From assembly GCF_009914755.1 (NCBI RefSeq), contig NC_060932.1: a stretch of DNA of 64,000 nt; one strand, 5' to 3'. A program made the translations under genes and the position numbers. Source of the DNA: the human T2T-CHM13v2.0 reference genome, Homo sapiens. The notes beneath the pieces were generated by a model. It worked only from the letters and a program-made list of their open reading frames with translations. It was not told the origin of the DNA and made no database searches. This document shows positions 40,225 to 53,402 of this stretch, in pieces. Numbering within the stretch: position 1 is the stretch's first letter; each line of letters starts with the position of its first letter.

Positions 40225-41353
40225 ATGGATTAAAGACTTAAATGTTAGACCTAAAACCATAAAAACCCTAGAAGAAAACCTAGGCGATACCATTCAGGAC
40301 ATAGGCATGGGCAAGTACTTCATGACTGAAACACAAAAAGCAATGGCAACAAAAGCCAAAATAGACAAATGGGATCTGATTAAACTAAAGAGCTTCTGCA
40401 TGGAAAAAGAAACTACCACCAGAGTGAACAGGCAACCTACAGAATGGGAGAAAATTTTGCAATCTACCCATCTGACAAAGGACTAATAACCAGAATCCAC
40501 AAAGAACTCAAACAAATTTACAAAAAAAAAAAACCCCGTCAAAAAGTGGGCAAAGGATATGAACAAACCCTTCTCTAAAGAAGACATCTATGCAGCCAAC
40601 AGACACATGAAAAAATGCTCATCATCACTGGTCATCAGAGAAATGCAAATCAAAGCCACAATGAGATACCATCTCATGCCAATTAGAATGGCAATCTTTA
40701 AAAAGTCAGGAAACAACAGATACTGGAGAGGATGTGGAAAAATAGGAACACTTTTACACTGTTGGTGAGAGCCCAAATTAGTTCAACCACCATGGAAGAC
40801 AATGTGGCAATCCCTCAAGGATCTAGAACTAGAAATACCATTTGACCCAGCTATCCCATTACTGGGTATATACCCAAAGGATTATAAATCATGCTACTAT
40901 AAAGACACATGCACATGTATGTTTATTGTGGCACTATTCACAATAGCAACGACTTGGAACCAACCCAAATGTCCATCAATGATAGACTGGATTAAGAAAA
41001 TGTGGCACATATGCACCATAGAATACTATGCAGCCATAAAAAGGGATGAGTTCATGTCCTTTTCAGGGACATGGATGAAGCTGGAAACCATCATTCTCAG
41101 CAAACTATCACAAGGACAGAAAACCAAACACCACATGTTCTCACTTATAGGTGGGAATTGAACAATGAGATCACTTGGACACAAGGCAGGGAACATCACA
41201 CACTGGGGCCTTTCAGGGGCTAGGGGGCTGGAGGAGGGATAGAATTAAGAGAAATACCTAATGTAAATGATGAGCTGATGGGTACAGCAAACCAACATGG
41301 CACATGTATACCTATGTATCAAACCTGCATGTTGTGCACAGGTACCCTAGAAC
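40225..41353 (+). mobile_element. Younger L1 (L1PA6/7-like) 3' fragment inserted into the L1PA13 ORF2
   Basis: Jump from AATGGGCAAAAGCT to ATGGATTAAAGACTTAAATGTTAGACC; 3'UTR ends GTACCCTAGAAC; the same ORF2 region occurs again in the host at 42.85-43.8 kb. Confidence 0.92.
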
Positions 41354-41416
41354 AGAAAGAAAGAGAGAAAGAGAGACAGAAAGAGAGAAAGAAAGAAAGA
41401 ATGAGAGAGAGAGAGA

Positions 41417-41480
<64 letters not shown>

Positions 41481-41578
41481 GGAGAAAGAGAGAAAGAAAA
41501 GAAAGAAAGAAAGAAAAGAAAGAAAAGAAGGAAGGAAGGAAGGGAAGAAGGAAGGAAGGAAGGAAAAGAGAAGAGAAG
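41354..41578. repeat. Compound (GAAA)n/(GA)n/(GGAA)n polypurine microsatellite
   Basis: Read directly from the sequence. Confidence 0.97.
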
Positions 41579-42287
41579 ACCAGTACAAGACAAGGATGCC
41601 CTCTCTCACTGCTCCTGTTCAACATAGTATTGGAAGTTCTGGTCAGGGCAATCAGGCAAGAGAAAGAAATAAAGGGCATTCAAATAGGAAGAGAGGAAAT
41701 CAAACTATCCCTATTTTTAGATGACATGATCCTGCATCTAGAAAACTCCATCGTCTTCACCCTAAAGCTTCTTAAGCTGATAAGCAACTTCAATGAAGTT
41801 TCAGGATACAAAGTCAATGTGCAAAAAATTGCTAGCACTCCTACACACCAACAGCATCAAGCCAAGAGCCAAATCACAAACAAACTCTCATTCACAATTG
41901 CCACAAAAATAATAAAATATCTAAGAATATAGCTAACAAGGAATATAGCTAAAGGATCTCTACAAGAACTACAAACCACTGCTCAAAGAAATCAGAGATG
42001 ACACAAACAAATGGAAAAACATTCCATGCTCATGGATAGAAATAATCAATATCATTAAAATGGCCATACTGCCCAAAGCAATTTATAGATTCATTGATAT
42101 TCCCATTGACTACTATTCAATGATATTCCCAATAAACTACCATTGCCATTCTTCACAGAACTAGAGAAAACTATTTTAAAATGTATATGGAACCAAAAAA
42201 AAAAAAAAAGGCCCAAATAACTAGGGCAATCCTAAGCAAAAAGAACAAAGCTGGAGGCATCACACTACCCGACTTCAAACTATACTA

Positions 42288-42689
<402 letters not shown>

Positions 42690-44045
42690 CTACAACTAGC
42701 TGATCTTCAACAAACCTGACAAAAACAAGCAATGGGGAAAGGATTCTCTATTCAATAAATGGTGCTGGGATAACTGGCTAGCCATACAATGCAGAAGATT
42801 GAAACTGGACCCCTTCCTTACACCACATATAAAAATTAATTCAAGATAGATTAAAGACTTAAATGTAAAACCCAAAACAATAAAAACCCTGGAAGGCAAC
42901 CTAGGCAATACCATTCAGGACATAGGCACAGGCAAAGATTTCAACATGCAGATGCCACAAGAAATTGCAACAAAAGCAAAAATTGACAAAGGGATCTAAT
43001 TAAACTAAAGAGCTTCTGCACAGCAAAAGAAACTATCAACAGAGAAAAAGACAGCCCACAAAATGGGAGAAAATTTTTGCAAACCCTGTATCTGATGAAG
43101 GTCTAATATCCAGAGTATACAAGAAACTTAAAACAAATTTACAAGAAAAAAACAAACAAGACCATAAAAAAGTAGGCAAATGACATGAACAGACACTTCT
43201 CAAAAGAAGACACACATGCAGCCAGCAATTATATGAAAAAAAGCTCAACATCACTAATCATTAGAGAAATGCAAATTAAAATCATAACGAGATAACCATC
43301 TCACACCAGTCAGAATGGCTATTAATAAAAAGTCAAAAAATAACAGATGCTGGAGAGGTTGTGAAAAAAAGGAAGGCTTTTACACTGTCAGTGAGAGTGT
43401 AAATTAGTTCAACCATTATGAAAGACAGTGTGGCAATTCCTCGAAGACCTAAAGACAGAAATACCATTCAACCCAGCAATCCCATTACCACGTATATACC
43501 TAAAGGAATATAAATCATTCTATTATAAAGACACATGAACATGTTTGTTCATTACAGCACTATTCACAATAGCAGAGACATGGAATCAACCTAAATGTCC
43601 ACCAATGATAGACTGGATAAAGAAAATGCTGTACATATACACCATGGAATACTATGCAGCCATAAAAAAGAATGATACCATGTCCTTTACAGGACATGGA
43701 TAGAACTGGAGGCCATTATCCTTAGCAAACTAACAGGGACAGAAAACCAAGTACTGTATGTTCTCACTTATAAGTGAGAGCTAAATAATGAGAACACATG
43801 GATGTATAGAAGTTAGATGGTTACAACAACAGACACCGGGACCTGTCAGAGGGTAGGGAGTGGGAGGAGGGAGAAGATCAGGAAAAATTACTAATGGGTA
43901 CTAGGTTTAATACCTGGGTAAGGAAATAATCTGTATGACAAACCCCCATGACACAAATTTCCCTTTGTAACAAATCTGCACATGCTGCACATGTACCCCT
44001 GAACTTAAAATAAAAGTTAAAAAAAAGAAAAAGAAAAAAAGTGAG

Positions 44046-44340
44046 TTATGGAGGGTTGAGGGATGAATATGTGGTGAGATGGAAATGAGTGTGCAGCGTT
44101 TTAAGAAGTTTGCCTCCAAATGGAAAGAGATAGATGAGATAGACAGAGGGACAAATGTAACTTTTTAAAAGCCGTTTTGTAATGGTTAGCAAGATTTTAA
44201 CATGGTGAGAAAAGAAAATAGAAAATGTTTTGATGCTACAGGTGGACAAAATAAATGACAGAGCAAGCTTTAAGAAGATGCAAGGGGGCAGCATCCAAAG
44301 CATAGAAAGTGCTGGTTTGGATATGGACAAACTGAAAGCT
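44046..44340 (-). mobile_element. L2 fragment (continuation across the L1PA13)
   Basis: GAGGGTTGAGGGATGAAT...TTAAGAAGTTTGCC is collinear with antisense L2 after the TSD. Confidence 0.65.
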
Positions 44341-44427
44341 CAAACGTGTGTCTCTTAAAATGTAGATACTCTGCTTAAAAATCTTTGAAAGAGTAGATAA
44401 AATGAATGGATGGAGGAAAGACAAATG

Positions 44428-44595
44428 GACTTAATCTTTCAAAGTCTTCATTTATTTCCTTAAAAATAGGGATAGAAATGCCTGTTTTATTGGGGCAATG
44501 CAATAGTTATGAATCGAGACTGCACATGTAAAGTAGTTAGCAAAATCCCTTACCCATGACAGGTTCCAGTGACTTGTAGGTCTTATTCTTACTAC
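44428..44595 (+). mobile_element. MIR fragment
   Basis: ACTTAATCTTTC...TAAAAATAGGGATA...CATGTAAAGTAGTTAGCA. Confidence 0.6.
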
Positions 44596-45659
44596 TGGAG
44601 ACATCTATTAGCTTTCAATCCATCAGTAATGATTATTGCCCTCAGCATTGCATTGCATTTTTCACCAAGCTAGGTTCATAACTCATGTACTCTGGCAAAA
44701 GCAACAGCAGAAAGGAAATGATGCAGTTAGAGTTTAGAATGTGTCCCAGGGAAGGTAAAGAGTAAGTAAATTCGTCTTTGTTGCTTTGAAATCACCCCTA
44801 TTGTCTCTCTTGGAGCCACACATAATGAAAAACGCAGATCTTTTCTGAAAACTGACAGTTGTCTATGTTCCCCTTCCAACAGGTGTCTCCCTTGGCAGCC
44901 CTTAAATAGCCAGATAAAGGTGCAGCCAAGATGGGGCTTCGTCCCAGGCCCCCATTCCCTCTAAACAAGGGCTCCACTGAGTCCTTCCAATATGACAACA
45001 GATTCCAGCATCTCAGATTTACTCTTCTCTGCCTATTCCAAGTCTGTGGAACTGAACAGTTGTCACATTCACTTTAAAAGACATGCTTATATGTCTATAT
45101 TTTAATGTATATTTTCTCTCATTAGGGTTAAAAAGACCTTTCCCTCATTAGGGTTAAAAAAGTCCTTGCCAAATCTCGTATATATGCTCCATATGAAACC
45201 ATATATATATTCTACAAGTTTCATATATCATAAATGCTTTCCCAACTATATAATAAATGAGGCAAGATAAAGAGCTACCCAAGGAAGTTATGAACTGAAA
45301 AAGGCATCTTTTTCAAACACAAGTTAAAAAGTGCTATTATGACTAATTGCTACAATATAAAGTTGTCTATTTACAGCTAGTGTATATTTAATTTTCCGAC
45401 TCACTGCTGTCATTGGTTTCACATTTTATTTCTGTCCTGATAAAAATTGGAAACATGATAAAATTGTTCAAGTCTCCCAATTTTGTGCTAACAATATAAT
45501 GAGCTTATTTCTGTCCCAAACAGCCCCTTCTCTCATTCCTTCAACAGTTCATTTAACTATTGACAGCAAGAATTCCAGATAATATAGCACTATGATCCAG
45601 TTAAAACAAAGGTTATTTTAAAACTCTACGTCCTCTTTCTCTTCCTTTCGCCCTTACCT

Positions 45660-46720
45660 TGTTTCTTCCTTCCTTTCAACAGATAACATCTATGTGTCTG
45701 TTGACTAGGGACTATGCCAGTCACCAGGGCAGATATAAAGAATGGGGAGATGCTGCCCTTGCCCTTGGGAAGCTCCCAGTTGAGAGAGGACAGAGATGTT
45801 GAGGAAAGCACAAAGTGATCACAATGGGAATGAAGGTGGGAGAAGCAAGTAACTTCATGAAAGATCAAGGAAGATTCCACAAAGCAGCTGTCATTTGGGT
45901 TGGATCTTGAACAATGACTAGGATACAACCAGACACAAAAGACAGGAAATATATGAATATTTCTGGAAGTGTTATTCAAAATGACCCAAAACTAGAAACT
46001 CAAATGTTTATAAATTAATAAATGGATAAATAAAATTGAAGTATAACCATACAATGGAATATTACTCAGCCATAAAAAGGAATGAAGTCCATGATGCAGC
46101 AGGGATGAACCTTGAAAACACTATGATAAGTGGAAGAAAACAATCACAAAAGACCACATATTGTATGAATCCATTTATATGAAAAGTTCAGAAAAAGCAC
46201 ATCTATAGGGAACAAAAAATAGATTTGTGTTTGCCTAGGAGTGAATACTAGTGGATACAAATTTCTCTATGGGGGAAGAAAATGTTCTAGAATTAGATCA
46301 CAGTAATGTTTACATATCCCTGTGAATTTACTAAAAACACTGCATTGTACACTTTAAAGAGGTCAATTATATGGTATGTGAATTATATTTTAATACAGCT
46401 GTTATTTAAAATAAAATAGGTAAGAGAGTATATTTTAAAATAAAGGAAAAGAATTTGCCCAAACCTGTTGGCATCAAAGAGCCCACATAAAGTTCCCTCT
46501 GGCTGAAGAACAGAGTGCACAGTGTGGGGATGGAAGGCTGGGAGGACTGTGTGCTATTGGCCTCACCGCTGAGCTGGTGAAATCCAAGGGCAACATGGAG
46601 ACTTTATACTCCTTTAAGCAGAGTGTGTTCTAAGGGTGTGTTTGGGAATAGAAAATTTTGCAGCAATTTGAAAGAGGACCTGAGGAGGAAAAGAGACCAA
46701 TAAGAGAGAAATTGAAGAGT
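45660..46720 (-). mobile_element. L2 fragments flanking an L1 3' end
   Basis: CCCTTGCCCTTGGGAAGCTCCCAGT; CATTTGGGTTGGATCTTGAA. Confidence 0.5.
45970..46412 (+). mobile_element. L1MB/ME-like 3' end
   Basis: CATACAATGGAATATTACTCAGCCATAAAAAGGAATGAAG; CACAAAAGACCACATATTGTATGA; TATGGTATGTGAATTATA. Confidence 0.88.
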
Positions 46721-46931
46721 TTGATTGTCTGCCCAACCCTTAGTTACCCATGACCCGTGTCTGAGGTAAAGTTGGCGCTTAACATAAGACCAAGCATTTC
46801 AAAATCTGCAGTTCTAAAAAGAGGATCTTAGAAATTATGAGCCATTTGTAGTTGCTGTTTACATTTATTATCAATATATAATTCTTCCTTTCAGCATACA
46901 AGCACTCGCAAGCATAAACAAGGACACTTTT

Positions 46932-47245
<314 letters not shown>

Positions 47246-47599
47246 ATAAACAAAGACACTTTTAAGAAAGGAAAATAATCATACCTAAATGCATACATAT
47301 TTATATCAGCTATAAAGGAATGTACACCAGCCATGTTAATCACATGATTGAGGACCAACAACCTGTACTTGGAAATATTCTAATTAAGAATTTTCATTTT
47401 TATAAATGAATAATGTCTGATTGTTTTTAAGAATGCCATATAATTACAATACCATATGCTCAAGTCCTGGGACATGCAGGGTTCTCTGCGATTTCTTCTG
47501 GTGTAGCAAGATATTAAAGACAATGATAAGAAAAAGAATTTGCATAAGAGACAACACATGGAAATTTTATCATATCTCATACCTAGTAGACCATTTGTG

Positions 47600-47745
47600 C
47601 CTTAGTCTATGGATCTTCAAAACTCAGATTTCTAGACCCCTCCTGAGATGAAGTGCATTAGGATTTCTGGAAAAGAGGTGTGGATCTGCACCTCAGTAAA
47701 TTGCTCAGGTGGTTTTTGAATACCTCAATAGTTTCAGCCACTCAT
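47600..47745. mobile_element. MER5-like hAT relic
   Basis: CAGATTTCTAGACCCC...GGATCTGCACCT...CTCAGGTGGTT pattern, strongly diverged. Confidence 0.4.
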
Positions 47746-48759
47746 GGAAGATTTAGAAAGATCATTTAAATGGTAATTATTTAGAGAAGTTCATTTTTTT
47801 CCCAATATTCTTACAAAGACGGTCTTCATCCAAGCTCATCTTGTGCCTGGGACAGGGATTTATGTCTTCTGTGTTAACTGCTGTATCTCCAAGCACAGAA
47901 AATGATACTTTGCACCTGGTAGACATTCAATTAGTACCTATTTAATGAATAACTTCATAAGGCTGTGTGTGTGTGTTGTAACATATGCACACATAAAATT
48001 ATAGAAATTACTTTTATACACAGGCTTTCTTTCCATTTAGAAAAAATTTACACAAGTTTCCTATTTAATAAGTCTTATAGTATTCTTATTTTGCTTGAAA
48101 AATGAGTGTATTGCCTATAAGCTAAAGATAATAAGGAAACAAAGCTCTCTTTCCTCTGCTGAAATCAATGTGCAGCTCTCATTCTGTAGCCTGACTACAT
48201 TTGTCCTTTCAGAATAATAAAAGCAAGCATGCTCACAAAGAAAGGGCAGTCCATTAGGGGAGAAATTGTATTTTCATAACCAAGAATAGTATTTCCTTCT
48301 GGAAGTGCAAGTGCAAATGAATGAGGTTGTTCATTTGAGTTTGTGGGAATTACAATTTGAAGTCTCCAGAATCTTCCAAGGAGTTAGATGAAATTTCTGA
48401 TTTTTAAAACCACAGGCCAAAGCTTCAATTGTGACCTCCAGCTGTCCCTCTTTCACCATAGATTTTCCAGTGAAATTTTTCCCACGTAGCTCAGGCCAAA
48501 TTCTAAATACCTGCGGTGGGAGGGAATATTTTTTTCAGATTCTATAGGGTCATTTCTGTAGTCATTTATTGCTTTTGTGGCCAAAGACTGACAAATCAAA
48601 AGTAAATGAGTAGGAATATATTTTACCAATTTCATGTGAAAATGTGTATTTTATTTCAAGAGAGAATTTTCTCACCTGTTCAACAGCACTTCTAAGAAAT
48701 ACCACCATGTTTCAGTGTTTATAATAAAATTCACATGTCAACCACACACAATTAGATGC

Positions 48760-49460
48760 TGAATTATTGAAAATACATAACTTTTTCTCATCATTTCTTT
48801 CCACTACAACCTCTTCCACCTCCTGTATTCTCTCCCTCAAGTAATTGAATGCCTACCTCTTCATCTCTTTCTCCCACACACATAAGCATCATCAGGTGCA
48901 GTCTGTTGCATGCTCTATTTCTCAAATATGTTCATTTATTTCCAACTCTACTGCCATTTTCCTGGTGTAGGCCACTATTCTGTTTTAGCTAAATTGCTAC
49001 AATCACCTTGTCCCTGACAACCCTACCTCTAATCTTACCATGGCCCCATCCATTCTGTACTCTGCAGTCCAGCTCAAAGGACACTCTGTATTAGGATGAT
49101 CTGTCCTGTTCTTTCTGTTATCCAATCTCTTTTGAAAACTCTGGTTCACCACTCAAGACCCAACAGAAAGAATGATCTACCTAAATCATAAATGTAAACA
49201 TGCCCCCTCACTACCACTCAAAACCCTACATGGATTCCCTGCACCATCTGAACAAGGTTCAAGTTATTTTGCAAGAGTTGAAAGGCCCTTTGTGATCAAG
49301 CTCTGAATTACTTAATAAGCTGAGTTCTCTCCATCCCTGTAGTTCAAATCTACCATCTATGCAGTATGTTTACTTTCCTTCCGAAGGTCTTTATATATGC
49401 TGTTTCCTCTACCTGAACACTTTAAAACTACTTCCTCCTCAAAGCCTATCCTGAGGTTTG
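48760..49460 (+). mobile_element. L2 fragments
   Basis: CCAACTCTACTGCCATTTTCCTGGTGTAGGCCAC; CTCAAAACCCTACATGGATTCCC; TGCTGTTTCCTCTACCTG. Confidence 0.6.
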
Positions 49461-49470
49461 GTTGGGCATC

Positions 49471-50026
49471 TATGGCAGGTTTTATTTTCCAAAGATGGCC
49501 ACAACAATAACTTCCAAGTCAAATGCATTTGACAATGCAATTTTGACAATGCTCCCAATGAGTGATGGAGCCTGTGTCCCCTCCTCTAGAATCTGGGTGG
49601 ACTTGGGACTCATTTGTAACTAATAAAATGTGGCAGAGTCATTTGATGCCAGATCAGAAAAGGTGATGCCACCTTGGACATTGAAAGACTTGTGCTCAGA
49701 GCCTTGAGCTGCCAGATAAGGGGCCCAACTCCTCTAAAGTTTCCCTGCTGTGAGCAAGCCAGGTCAAGACACCCAGGTGTAGCCTTTGAGTCTTTCCAAT
49801 ATAGAAGCCAGATATGTGGGTGAATAAGACTTTGTATGATTTTAGCCCACAGCTAATGGGTCATTCACATTTTCCCAGGTGAGGCATCAGACATCACGAA
49901 GAAGAGAACTAGCCACAAAAGTTCCTTTCTGAATTCATCACCAAGAGAATCCACGAGCATGGTGAAACCATTGTTTCATATCCCTGAATTTGGGGTGGTT
50001 TGTTAAGCAACACTAGAACTGAACAG
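49471..50026 (+). mobile_element. MLT1H/G-like MaLR solo LTR
   Basis: TATGGCAGGTTTTATTTTCCAAAGATGGCCAC start; TTGGGGTGGTTTGTTAAGCAACACTAGAACTGAACA end. Confidence 0.82.
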
Positions 50027-50426
50027 TGTCCTTCAATCTCTGAATTAATCCATAATGTAGCACATATCATACTCTGTCACCATTTTCTGCATACGTAAAT
50101 ATACATGCATGGCCACAGGACTAGAAACTTCACTACACCCCTACATCTAACTATGTGTCTGAAATAGAACAAATTCTCAAAAATTATTGTTCTGAATAAA
50201 CTTTCAACAAGAAATTTTGACATCATCATCATTTCTTTTCTTTCTTATATTTCCAAATTCAATGCATTCTACTTCCTAAATGTCTTTCAAATCCATCCAC
50301 TTCCCTTCTCACTAATTCTCAGTTGAGGTCATCCTCATTTCTTGGCAGGAATCTTGAAGAGTCTTTTTTCTGGTCACACTGCCACATTTTCTCCAAATAA
50401 AGTCCTAGAGAAAAATGAAATGAAGA

Positions 50427-50778
50427 TTTATTAGTTGGTTCTCACGCTGCTATGAAGAAATAACCTGGGTAATTTATAAAGAAAAAAGGTTTAATTGACT
50501 CACAGTTCCACATGGCTGGGGAGGCCTCAGGAAACTTACAATCATGGAAGAAAGCACATCTTTACAGGGTAGTAGAGAGAGAATGAGTGGGAAGTCAAGG
50601 GGGAAGCCCCTTATAAAACCATCAGATCTCATGAGAACTCACTCACTATCATGAGAACAGCATGGGGGAAACCTCCCCAATGATTCAATTACCTCCCACC
50701 AGGTCCCTCTCTGGAAAAGCGGGGATTATTACAATTCGAGGTGAGATTTGGGTGGGGACACAGAGCCAAACCATATCA
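50427..50778 (-). mobile_element. THE1 (THE1C-like) solo LTR
   Basis: CTTATAAAACCATCAGATCTCATGAGAACTCACTCAC; GGGTGGGGACACAGAGCCAAACCATATCA; perfect 5-bp TSD GAAGA. Confidence 0.93.
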
Positions 50779-50789
50779 GAAGAACTATT

Positions 50790-51290
50790 TCACTTTCTAT
50801 TGCCAGCTAGCAGAAGGTAAATAATCTTACCTGACAAAAAAGCCCATCCCGTGTTCTGCATGCCCAAGCTCATCTCTTGCCCTCTATCCCACACATCCTA
50901 CCTTCAGGGACACTAAATGTGTCACCACCACCCGCAATACAACTTTGACTTGGTAACTCCTGCTCTCCCTAATTTCCATTTCTACTCCACTCACCTCTGT
51001 CTCAGGAATCCTTGAATCTGCCCATCAGATAACCTCTCAACCTTTCCAGGAAGACTTAGCCACTGAACACCTGTATTCCCACGGGACTCTGCTCATCCCT
51101 TTACCTTGGTAAGTTTCATAATCTGTCCTAATTTGTCTGTTTACACATTTGTCTCACTCAAATAGTAATTCTTTAAAGTGAGAGAAATTGAACTTACTCA
51201 TTCTTTTATCATCCAACATCTACTAGAGTGTGAGGGACATTACTAGGTTCTCAGTCAATGTTTGTTGAATAAATAAATGAATGAATTAAC
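50790..51290 (+). mobile_element. L2 3' end
   Basis: Ends CTCAGTCAATGTTTGTTGAATAAATAAATGAATGAA. Confidence 0.65.
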
Positions 51291-52539
51291 AAAAAATTTA
51301 ATGCAGAAATTATCATATAGCCTAACTATATAAATCCAAAGCTAATCAATATTTTGGGGGAAGAGATTACTGAGGGGACATGGGGAAAATTCACCAGAGA
51401 GCATTCTATAAATACTAAATTCTCCAGAGTAGTGATTTCTTTATTTTCACTAAGATGACCAAGCTTAGTTAACCATGTGCCCTTATTAGAATAATATTTT
51501 GAAAAACCTATTAATGTGTTGTGTTTTATTTGTCTTTCATTTCTTTTTTCAGGAAAAATAAAACCACGAAATCTTATTACTGAAGCTGGGCCCTTCTTAT
51601 GCTTAAGAAAAACAAAGCAAGCTATGGATGAAGAGATTTTGTATTGATAAAGAATAACACACCTTTCCCTGGCCCATTAAATCTTTCTTCACAAACCATC
51701 CAGTCAGATTGTGGGCTTTTACTATTTTTAAGTGGTAAATATGAAATGTTGAAGAAAACAGTTTCAAATGGGGTAACAGGAACGATGACAATGAATGGTA
51801 AGAGGGGCAGGGAGATGTAACACTACATCTGGAGCACTCTGAATTGAGTGTGGTTATGGCTCCTTTCCTAACGATCCTTCCAGGGCCAAGTCAGTCTGTG
51901 TCCCTGAAGCCTGCAATTAGAGAGAAAGGGTACTTGCTGGACTCAAGCACCAGTGTCATGACCTTCTCAGACTTCAAGGTCTTTGTCAGATCTTTTGGGT
52001 TCCCATGAAGAAGTGTCCCCACAATACCTCAGGATATTAATTACTCCCAGAGAACCACTAAACCAAGATCTTCAACATGTGCCACAAAGGGGTAACAGGT
52101 TACCTAAAACATAGAGCCCTCAGCTCTTACAGATGCCAGATGAGGCTGGGGGCTGTGGGATTGGCCTTCTTCAGTTCTGATGGTACTGATCCCAACCCCC
52201 ATGAATGATATGGGGATTAGTAGTGTTGTCCCCTGACCTGCTCAACCCAGCCAGGGAATGGATCTGCCACTCAAGCAGCAACTTAAGCCACCTACAGAGC
52301 ACACTGATGCCCATGTTGGACAAATTCAAGTGTCCAAAAAAGTCTTAAAGGGCTCATAAGTTATATCATGGTACATTTTTAAGATCATCACCTTCACAGT
52401 TATAAAAGGAGGATAGTATCATGCCTCATTTCCCCAGACTCCATAGACCTTACAATCCTCATGTGGTCCCAAGAGCCAGCTCACCAGCCTGGCTGACCCC
52501 AACTGTCCAGTAGAATGCAAATATGAGAAATCATGAGGA

Positions 52540-53402
52540 AATAGTAATGGCAACACTAGCATTTATTGAGTGCTGTGTCAGGTGGTGTCTTAAGTTTCTG
52601 ACACGTATTAACTCATTTGATCTTTCTACAACACCTTCTAAGGTAAATAGTATTAATACTATTTAACAGTTTATAATATATACTATGTAATACGTTAATA
52701 TTATTTAACTCCTTATATATAAATATTATAATATATACTAGATATTAATATTATTTAACTCATATATAATATATACTATATAATATATTAATTTTATTAA
52801 TATTTAACTAATATAATAATACATTAACATTATTTAACTCATTTGATCTTCCTACAACACCTTCTGATGTAAATAGTAATAATACCATTTATCATTTTAT
52901 AATATATACTATATAATATATTTTATATATATAATATGGAGTCTGGGGAGATGAGGCATGGAGGCATGGAGTCCAGGGAGTCTGGGGAATGAGGCATGAT
53001 ATTATATATAATATATGATTTAGTATATATTATAAAATGATAAATAGTATTATATATTATATACTGTATTAATATATTATATATAACATAAACAGTGTTA
53101 TATATTATATTAATATGTTAATATCATGTATAGTATATTAATATATTAATTAATATAATTAATAAGTTAATTAATTATAATATATTGATATGTTTATATA
53201 ATATATCATATATCTTATACAGTATAATAGTATTATATATTAGTATTATTATATATAATATATAATACTATAATCATTTTACAGATCTGGAAACTGAGGC
53301 ACAGAGTTGGTAAGTTCCTTGCCCAAGGTTACCTAAACATTAAAAACTGTGTTTCACGCGAAGGTAACATGACTCTAGACTTAGGCTCTTAACCACATGC
53401 TG
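52540..53402 (-). mobile_element. MIR split by an AT-rich insertion
   Basis: Left part CATTTATTGAGTGC...AACTCATTTGATC; right part CATTTTACAGATCTGGAAACTGAGGCACAGAG...CTTGCCCAAGGTTAC...CTCTTAACCAC. Confidence 0.88.
52660..53275. repeat. AT-rich low-complexity insertion with locally templated segments
   Basis: Mostly A/T; includes a direct copy of the adjacent MIR sequence and inverted copies of 52418-52445. Confidence 0.9.

Noticed and set aside
41278-41724. K/E/R-rich and F/L/S-rich ORFs on both strands
   Set aside because: Translations of the GAAA/GGAA microsatellite.
48453-48540. Minus-strand acceptor-like TTCCCTCCCACCGCAG|G
   Set aside because: Short pyrimidine tract, no clear donor, and the annotated reading frame closes quickly.
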